Shown here one piece after another: positions 25,801-31,154 of a stretch of 31,154 nucleotides of DNA. Source of the DNA: a virus. Taxonomy: Duplodnaviria > Caudoviricetes. Every line of letters begins with the position of its first letter. Position 1 is the first letter of the stretch. The notes under the pieces were generated by a model. That model saw nothing but the letters and a program-made list of their open reading frames with translations, was not told the origin of the DNA and did not search any database. The position numbers were made by a program, and so were the translations under genes. Location of the stretch: IMG/VR virus record IMGVR_UViG_3300007545_000014, positions 1 to 31,154 of that record; one strand, given 5' to 3'.

Positions 25801-28800
25801 TGTCTAATGCATCTGACGGTTCGTTTGATGCCAATAAACTTGTTCTTGATATGTATGAACAAGGCAAGGCTGGAAAACTTGACGCTAGAAATGTCGAGTA
25901 CATCTCAGGGAGTCTTTCCAGAGCCATTCACGAAGTCACCACTCCAAGACAAGGACAAGAAGATTTTAAGCAACTGGTCAATACGACAACTAAAGCACTA
26001 GATAAAAGAGTAAAAAATGGAGAAATTCCTAAGGAGTTCTATGACGCTTATGTTGAGGCTGTGAATGTTAAAATGGCTGAAAGCAAAGCCTTTGAGGAAC
26101 TGCAAAATAGCATTATGGATGCTCAGGCTCAAGCAAACGGAAAACAAATAATGTCCCGTGATGAAATCATCACCGCTATGGGTCTTGCCAGAGGAAACCA
26201 CATCGTACTTAACGACAAAATAAAAGCCGACTTTATGAGCGGAAAGGCTATGACATCCTATAGCGTTGCTGAAACGGATAGCCGTGGTGGAAGACGCTAC
26301 GACCCTTTTGGTCACGCATTTCAAAGAACATTTATCGGGAAGTATTTTAACGACAACAAGGATACGCTTCCAAAGGGAATGACAGTTGAATTCAAAAACA
26401 CACATCGTTCTGTTGGTGACCCTCAATACGGATTTACTCTTGAGGTTAAACAAGGGTTTCACAAAAGCGGAAAGCCTAACTTCATTGCTAACATACACAT
26501 TAATGTAGACGGAAACAAGGCATCCGTAGAAAGCACAGGCGTTGCTGAGTCAATGCGTGGCAAGAAACTTAATAATGTTTTGCTGTCTGAAGCCGCAGAA
26601 AGACTACGCTCTCAGGGCGTTAAGTATCTTGATGGAGTTATCATTGACCCAGAGAACAGACCTTACCACGCCCGTATGCGTACCATTGGGAACGCAGAGA
26701 GCCTTGGTAATGGCGGTTACTACGATGTAACCAGAAGTACTCTTGATAGGAACGCTTACTACAGCCCAGAGGAGAAAGAACTTAAAGGCAGAATTCAAAG
26801 CAGTTCTTCTTTAACTGAACTTAATTCTTGGCTTAGTGAACTAAGAGGTTCAGTCAAATCTTGGCACGAGGTTGAGATGCCTCAAAGCGTAAAAGACATT
26901 GCTGACAACCTCGATGTATTTACATCAGCCAGCAAAGACGATATGATGATTGCCTTAGAAAAGGCTTCTAGAAGCGACAGCGTTTCAAAGCAAATCTATA
27001 GCGATGTCGTAGAAGGAAGAACAAGTCTGACAGAGGCTACAAAAAAACTTCAGAAGCAAGGAGACTACTACACTTATAATTACGAATTGAACAATATCAG
27101 GAATACAAGAAAACAACTTGCCAAGCGTGTTCAAGAAGTAATGGGCAATAAGCGTAAGGTATCGGACACGGACGCTAGACGCTCCAATACTGGGGCTGAA
27201 AGAGAAAGCAGGGACACAAAATACTACAGCCCTAGCGACTACCAAGGAGGAGATGATTACTACAAACCAAAGAAAAACATCTTTGAATCAAAAGATGAAC
27301 AAGGATTATTAGTTCGCAGAGTTAGCGTTGGAAATGATGAAATTACTGGAAATCCAGACGCTAGGGGTAGCAAAACAAATCCAGACAATGTTGGATGGGA
27401 AGACATTGGTCACTACCCGCAAACAGGAAAAACAAAAGCAGATAATATTTGGGAAGCAAAGAACAGCGGTCTTTGGTATTGGAAAGACAACGAAGGTGTT
27501 AGAATGAAAAACCCAATGTGGGAATTGGACAGACCAGATTTTACGCATAGCGAATGGTTTGATAAATTTAAATATGATGACGATAGACCTAATATCTACG
27601 GCAGATATGAAAAGCCAAAGTACGATGAGAAAGGAAATTTACTTGAGAAAGGTAAACTGTCTATTTCTAGTGATTATAAACAGCCTATCTCTGATATGTC
27701 TGATGCTAATTTCTATAAAGATACTGTTGCTAGTTCACTTGGCGTTCCCGCTGACCACATAGACGCTTATCTGTTTGGTGCTAGTCAAAAAGTTAAGGCT
27801 CAAAGAGGCTATGGTATAAAAGACCAACTTCCTATTCATTTTTCTGTCAACGAAAACGACAAGGGCGGTCAAACCTATAACCAAAAAAGCCTGAAATGGA
27901 AGAAGGGATTCATTGGACGCTATGCGGCTGAGAACCCTGAGATGTCAAAAGAACTTAAACTTACATTTGAAACCGAAAAGGCTAGTGCAAGCAGAGGTAT
28001 GGCTGTGATGGCTGGAAGGGTTGCGGGTAAGAGCACACACAACCACTACCTTCAGATTACTGAGGCTGGTAAAGAGGTTGGTCACATCACTTGGAAGACT
28101 CAGATTGGAGCAAAGGATGGCAGAAAGATTTTCTCAGACCCTAGCGTCAGCGTTGAACCTGCATACCGAGGTAAGAATTACCAGCACCTGCTGTACTCTG
28201 AAGCCGCTGAACGAGCCAGAGCAATGGGTGCTACGGACTTCTTCCAGCGTATTGAAAACGACCTAGGTCTTCCGCTGAAGTCACAGGTCAGGACATTCGG
28301 AGAGAACTACTCTAAACTCCTAGACCAATACACGGGGCAGTATATGCCAGCCACTATGGATAACTTCAATAAACTGAAGTATCCTGAGATGGAGATTCAT
28401 AATACTGAGGCTGACGGCACGGTCAATATCGAGAAGCATAAGGGTCACGAACTCTGGGTGTACGCTTGGAGCAAGATTCAATCTGACAAATGGTACTCCC
28501 TGAACGAAAGGGATATGCTTGTCCTCCGTAAGTCTGAGGATATGCCTTGGTTCAAGAAGGCTATGGCATCGGCTGGAGGCTTTGTCAGGTACGCCACCGC
28601 TGAGGATTTAAATGACCTCAGAGGGCTTAGGGCAATCAGCCACGCTCCTGATACCCTTACGGGTACAGACATCACCACAGCCGAAGGCAGGGTGGTTGCT
28701 GAGGGTGCTGGAGGTCTTCCTTACCCTATGCTTCAGGCTGAAAGAGGAAGCAATGCGGCTTGGGCATCGCAAGGTGAAGGGTTTGTCAACCTAACTAACA

Positions 28801-29840
28801 ACGCTGTACAGGCAAACAAAGATGCGGGCAAAGGTGTTACAGCAATTATGCCTCTGACCTTCACATCTTACGAGAAGGCTAGAGCGTCAGTTCAAGGCTC
28901 TGAGTTCTACTACAATGTTTTTGACATCTTTAAGCGTGGTAAGATTGTCTCCGAAAAAGACCTTCGCATTGCGATGGCTGAAGCCGTTGAAAAAGTTACC
29001 ACGCATAAGGACAAAAAAACTGGGGAAGTTGTAATTGAGAACAAGCAGACTGATGCACTCAGGAAGATTGTTAAGGACAACAAGATGAATTATGATGAGT
29101 TGATTGCCAGCGTGATGCTTACCCTTGAAGACAGTAGCATTCAGAACTTTGGCACAAGAGCACCTATGATAGACGACTTTATGGGTGCTGTGTGGGACAG
29201 AGTTATGAAAGGTCTTAGCGATAAGAAGAAGCAGGAAGTTATGCGGTTCTTCCCTGAATGGGATGGCTCTAAAACGGCAGGAGCGTTCACGCTTGCTAAC
29301 CTCAAGAGCACAATGGGCAACACGCTTACAGATAGCCTTACAAAAGGACTTAAGTCTGGAGATGTCTACGGCATTATAAAATTCAATGACTTTGTAGAAT
29401 CTATGGACTCTGGTCACAGGTCTTATAACACAGGTATTGTTCAAAAGAACGGGCAGAAGCCTGAGATTCTGTTGCTCAAGAGACCTATCAATGTCCTAGA
29501 CCTGCACGAAACATCTATCTCTGCTAACTCTGGTGAGCGTAAACTTTCAGACCTTCCAAGTAATGTGCAGACAAACCTGCTTGGTATGAACAGCAACCCT
29601 TACGGTGCAACCAGAACCAAGGATGTTGGTCAGGTAGATTATAGGGATATGAACGCTAATTACAGCGTAAAAGAAAATTTTGCGGAGAAAGTCGCACCTA
29701 ATGGAAAGGTATTACAGGCTATCAACGGATACATCATTATGATTCAAGGAGACAAGTTCAAGGTCTATAACTCCCAGAAAGTTCAAGTCGGCATCTACGC
29801 TTCTGAACAAGAAGCCAAAAAACGAGCATTGAGGAACTGA
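19896..29840 (+). CDS. Giant polyvalent internal virion protein (3314 aa): Gly-rich hydrophobic region, zincin metallopeptidase, IEEIQS domain, two GNAT domains and further modules
   Basis: Single open frame. Contains hydrophobic GAVIGGGLG..GAGIALGGVGGLAGGLL, HEMLH (21645-21659) with downstream EEFGA (21981), YLYIEEIQS (about 24330-24353), and GNAT motif A-like V.E.MRGK.L...LLSEAAER and VEPAYRGK.Y..LLYSEAAER. Confidence 0.85.
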   Translation: MADIYADTSPQYFGGEGANSVTRYTGDEDTDKYLNSLPEDKRADALKRLTAPLTGEELAEKAKDPYYKMDRSQFSRYLGWKKNEDKGILDDIGLLSEGVAHIFEQIAKTAGSVADHPLQSLAKLGPSGVEAFYQGTRNMYGMLAQSSDPTSKFFRFKAAITGEDSDEGYRQYQEAREFNLDSIDLAEGKKTLLVNKDYIDHEMTQAMSYIADPSLFIPFAKIGGLGLRAIGMGEKAAMLAARAGAIQNRLIGGALKYGIGKPIELIGGATRGVIDYGINAGSLAAETVTGMSAKEIATTVRMGSLGTSAASLAGHSVPIVSDISNAYVAGGVAHGVGQALSAIGGQIQRGPRGFLSYAKAALEADKAILSPSAQNLLKVINAADPLLSLSADITKGAAYGAVIGGGLGYGNNGLEGMWQGAGAGIALGGVGGLAGGLLSRATGAKTIERADIMAKYAIEGAKETGKHHTAQAYELFRKIGEMTGTKPMMDGIVVAFDGLAPDSRFQFRNDANHTKFLDDNGFDRKTGIHKTDPTKPKQLSQFEHINMEGVVMETAADGQVTMHINTTKLSKGAKKGFRAGTVPHEMLHLILRKAVMTPHFIENLKHDLLGVRDATGKLLEGGSINPDESKAFFREYMKRTYNKVDKSIDPTGHAAEAKRLSDLADRAVDEYEKTGQATLTEATVNSKKPLLEHLTEEFGAYYFQELVGAKPPDFLFFAGKYEGLRGVMDRTVNRFIDHFENKRSALDPRFSFKQGRSLSESFRDSSGKRIRVGSIDYMISDFLKMTQNQNRTGRIDLTLMSDKARGELILRKGLDDLGRARGARDPRKKTSLSNDLQLGKAVHAELLAIDPARQTDGAGNLVGHLSDKDVAGLIRAGHISPAMGQKIKTLQALAMNPDKSVFESGYWGATHTVETGPNVPRITGDEVPFTNRLGVLLSVDIKVGKNGKVSMVAHTLDLRVNSERAKNMWSNPSVRDLWNGDVMLFEADYIKYITNMGKDVAGGKVESSILLDNGDGNGGKRRDVMHQVAGVPLGAGDVYVNHPIGEIYYDALNAYTMLSIGRMQDIRLTGEKVLGFDPKNAIPDIGRNFSPAEMTYREAPNGKHWEHKTGYRFHQILDGEVVAYDRRGERIGSYATPEQAMLAGKQKLQKQQQAMHEVAQDVKAAYDRGVHFSPREEYGRQKATEELHARGFAGKFRAEYVEMLRSLTEEYNAKINNPQVDPRFLNGIRNKMELIPKILEKIDSKADLFSEDSVTLIQHAGIPARLDGSFGSNSGGQAWMSMRIGGIDAHMKGWDKIYPMTFRSALNDRIQVMLRDTPNMTPQQLRKRLLQYGSRTGERLWAEAEAVGFVDWLESKIQPTYRLTRRYDAATGGILPRGQEHSPIATPKGENMSVLDPKEITDFLKNNGLSLRIDTGAKELGGLQTENYVFGGTKGEYTETPIRIEQSQYHHGVRGHYGPDVVVHTRTTVRFDSEGNKYLYIEEIQSNNSESILPQGALNKESQKILTEQRTDLVKKLQGLQELVNKYPDLKERERVLEALKNGAFYDEGFGTSIPLISYLSDNQRTGQGRNTTSKKVTAKEKEARKIALEVAKFIERNPDLIVNQYMQMFAISNADIGLRRDPTGLRPHTPKDASHENVTRTHLLEILKQPDILKNIADQFVDHNIKYYQDGYSDFNNAQDAGLRLQMSDGKVFYANQRFNPASIGGPRTIAEFISRIYTDTSSAIAETAWETADVKRSNPNPVPNYASQGRLHIFDTYDAYRAYHGSLIDPNNTLYGGHSRALWNVLDAVNKEFVEKDSLIYRTAKQQAEVYGEIKKRILEKRKNEGNTNKTVDLVELEAASPHTLSRNIEAIDREFIKHEEAMKNKKAYPLEVINERTLVALKSLIVESIRKGINTLVLTHPDDAPTVSQMKYISRTGLYGKALPEIWGGFLAKYGIKIQKYGSTERFLKGLDVAGNPEIKKLFETLSNASDGSFDANKLVLDMYEQGKAGKLDARNVEYISGSLSRAIHEVTTPRQGQEDFKQLVNTTTKALDKRVKNGEIPKEFYDAYVEAVNVKMAESKAFEELQNSIMDAQAQANGKQIMSRDEIITAMGLARGNHIVLNDKIKADFMSGKAMTSYSVAETDSRGGRRYDPFGHAFQRTFIGKYFNDNKDTLPKGMTVEFKNTHRSVGDPQYGFTLEVKQGFHKSGKPNFIANIHINVDGNKASVESTGVAESMRGKKLNNVLLSEAAERLRSQGVKYLDGVIIDPENRPYHARMRTIGNAESLGNGGYYDVTRSTLDRNAYYSPEEKELKGRIQSSSSLTELNSWLSELRGSVKSWHEVEMPQSVKDIADNLDVFTSASKDDMMIALEKASRSDSVSKQIYSDVVEGRTSLTEATKKLQKQGDYYTYNYELNNIRNTRKQLAKRVQEVMGNKRKVSDTDARRSNTGAERESRDTKYYSPSDYQGGDDYYKPKKNIFESKDEQGLLVRRVSVGNDEITGNPDARGSKTNPDNVGWEDIGHYPQTGKTKADNIWEAKNSGLWYWKDNEGVRMKNPMWELDRPDFTHSEWFDKFKYDDDRPNIYGRYEKPKYDEKGNLLEKGKLSISSDYKQPISDMSDANFYKDTVASSLGVPADHIDAYLFGASQKVKAQRGYGIKDQLPIHFSVNENDKGGQTYNQKSLKWKKGFIGRYAAENPEMSKELKLTFETEKASASRGMAVMAGRVAGKSTHNHYLQITEAGKEVGHITWKTQIGAKDGRKIFSDPSVSVEPAYRGKNYQHLLYSEAAERARAMGATDFFQRIENDLGLPLKSQVRTFGENYSKLLDQYTGQYMPATMDNFNKLKYPEMEIHNTEADGTVNIEKHKGHELWVYAWSKIQSDKWYSLNERDMLVLRKSEDMPWFKKAMASAGGFVRYATAEDLNDLRGLRAISHAPDTLTGTDITTAEGRVVAEGAGGLPYPMLQAERGSNAAWASQGEGFVNLTNNAVQANKDAGKGVTAIMPLTFTSYEKARASVQGSEFYYNVFDIFKRGKIVSEKDLRIAMAEAVEKVTTHKDKKTGEVVIENKQTDALRKIVKDNKMNYDELIASVMLTLEDSSIQNFGTRAPMIDDFMGAVWDRVMKGLSDKKKQEVMRFFPEWDGSKTAGAFTLANLKSTMGNTLTDSLTKGLKSGDVYGIIKFNDFVESMDSGHRSYNTGIVQKNGQKPEILLLKRPINVLDLHETSISANSGERKLSDLPSNVQTNLLGMNSNPYGATRTKDVGQVDYRDMNANYSVKENFAEKVAPNGKVLQAINGYIIMIQGDKFKVYNSQKVQVGIYASEQEAKKRALRN

Positions 29841-29842
29841 CG

Positions 29843-30145
29843 ATGAACGACAACCACGACTATGAAGTCCTTATTCAAGAACTCAAACGAGGGGGATGGA
29901 TTATGGCTATCTTCGGTGCTCTTGGTGCTTTCACTAGCCTTGTCCTCAGAAATGAAAAATACACTTTCTTTATATGGTTCAGAAAGATAGCGGCAGGTGC
30001 TGTGGTAGGCGTAATTACAAGCCTATCCTTGTACTCTGTGGACATAGAGCCTATTTATAAAAGCGTTCTATGTTCTATCGCTGGTTCTATTGCCCCTGAG
30101 TTGTTTGACTGGGTCAGAACCAAGGCTTTAGAAAAACTCAAATGA
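29843..30145 (+). CDS. Putative holin
   Basis: 100 aa with three hydrophobic segments (GWIMAIFGALGAFTSLVL; IAAGAVVGVITSLSL; SVLCSIAGSIA) and a basic C-terminus, after the virion genes. Confidence 0.7.
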   Translation: MNDNHDYEVLIQELKRGGWIMAIFGALGAFTSLVLRNEKYTFFIWFRKIAAGAVVGVITSLSLYSVDIEPIYKSVLCSIAGSIAPELFDWVRTKALEKLK

Positions 30146-30861
30146 GATATATAATAGCATCAATATTTTTATGCGGATGTGCAACCCAAGAGCCAATTGC
30201 TCCAGTAATAATCAACAACAAGGAGAAAGACCTATACATTGACAAAATCGAAGGAATCGTTTCTGAAGCGGCTTCTGCCCTTACTGCTGTCGCTCCTGCC
30301 ATTCCTGATGGGATTGCTAGAGAACTCGTTGAAGGGCAAGTCGCAAGACTCAGCGGGGTCAGCAAGCCAAAGCAAGAACGAGTTGAATCTTTTAGACGGA
30401 TGGTCGAATCAAAAGACCACAAGGCGGTCAAGAAGGACAAAGAAGAAGCGTTGAAGATTGATTCTGAGACTAGCGACCTGTGGGCTTTGGTAGAAGAGAA
30501 GGAGAACGCCATTGCTATCGCCCAAGCCATAGCCGACAATGCGGAGAAAGAGCGTCAAGTTGCTTTAAAAGAGAAAGCCCTATGGCAGTTTAGTACCACA
30601 GGGCTGGGGTTGTTTGTTGCAGGACTAACAGTAATTGCCTTTACGCCTTGGAAGACCAAGGGGTTAATTCTGATGGGTGGCGGTGCTTTGGCTATGGGTA
30701 GCCTCTGGATTTTTGACAGCCAATGGTTTGCTTGGATTGTCGGCACAAGTCTTGCAGTTGTAGCAACAGGACTTCTTTTCGTCTTTATTAAAAGTATTAA
30801 GAATCGCTACAAAAAGGACAGCCTCAAAGACGAAGCAGACGCAAAAGAGAATGAAGAGTAA
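30142..30861 (+). CDS. Lipoprotein with coiled coil and three C-terminal TM helices (candidate unimolecular spanin)
   Basis: Lipobox-like signal MRYIIASIFLCG-C, a charged helical central region, three TM segments and then KSIKNRYKK. It overlaps the holin stop (ATGA/TGA). Confidence 0.6.
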   Translation: MRYIIASIFLCGCATQEPIAPVIINNKEKDLYIDKIEGIVSEAASALTAVAPAIPDGIARELVEGQVARLSGVSKPKQERVESFRRMVESKDHKAVKKDKEEALKIDSETSDLWALVEEKENAIAIAQAIADNAEKERQVALKEKALWQFSTTGLGLFVAGLTVIAFTPWKTKGLILMGGGALAMGSLWIFDSQWFAWIVGTSLAVVATGLLFVFIKSIKNRYKKDSLKDEADAKENEE

Positions 30862-30863
30862 TC

Positions 30864-31142
30864 TCATTTCCAGAACTCCTCAGGGATGATGTCCATAAAG
30901 ATAGGCGGGTTCTCGCCTTGGTATGCATCAAAGATGTTCTTGTGCATAAACTCTTCAGCGGCATCGAAGTCCATCATATCTTCCTCCATCAAATGGGCGA
31001 TAATTCGCTCCGTTGAGTAGATGGCTTGATAGCCAGTCTCAGTCTTTGCTACGCCATAGAAAGCGTAGTCTAGACCATCAGCGGGAACGATGGATTCATC
31101 GAAGTCCTTGAGGAAGTTTTTGAGTTTATTATCGGATGACAT
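30864..31142 (-). CDS. Conserved hypothetical acidic phage protein (92 aa)
   Basis: ADGLDYAFYG...AIYS.ERII..L...M....AEEFM..NI..AYQGE.PPIF pattern, recalled from a widespread aquatic phage family. It converges on the late operon. Confidence 0.75.
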   Translation of the reverse strand: MSSDNKLKNFLKDFDESIVPADGLDYAFYGVAKTETGYQAIYSTERIIAHLMEEDMMDFDAAEEFMHKNIFDAYQGENPPIFMDIIPEEFWK

Positions 31143-31154
31143 AATTATTTTTTG

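Noticed and set aside
19896-29840. Virion RNA polymerase (N4 or crAss-like) as the identity of the giant protein
   Set aside because: I found no DxDGD/DFDID or T7-type polymerase motifs. The peptidase, GNAT and modular layout fit a polyvalent protein better.

Overview
This window is the late (morphogenesis and lysis) region of a tailed dsDNA phage with podovirus-like gene order, almost all on the + strand. It opens with the 3' end of a GC-richer gene and a structured, homopolymer-rich non-coding region (about 466-960). A tight RNA array follows (978-1718) with seven canonical tRNAs, all with U-starting anticodons and no encoded CCA, plus two non-canonical tRNA-like RNAs. Next come an HTH-like gene, a PilP/GspC-like gene, a GH19 lysin, terminase large subunit, a small HTH gene, portal, scaffold, major capsid, adaptor, small virion genes, nozzle, fibre and three putative ejection proteins. 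The last of these is a 3314-aa polyvalent protein. A holin, a lipoprotein with C-terminal TM helices (u-spanin-like) and a convergent gene close the window. The most notable observations are: (1) the giant protein has an N-terminal HExxH metallopeptidase followed by eight modules, each opened by the same [FY]-S-[PVL]-x-[ED] motif, like a cleavable or shufflable injected polyprotein; (2) a 116-nt tRNA-shaped RNA whose anticodon arm is replaced by a long helix enclosing a 9-codon ATG..TAG mini-ORF (mini-tmRNA-like); (3) apparent purging of 4-bp palindromes that extends into tRNA D-arms. All product calls come from motifs and synteny read by eye. No database searches were run.
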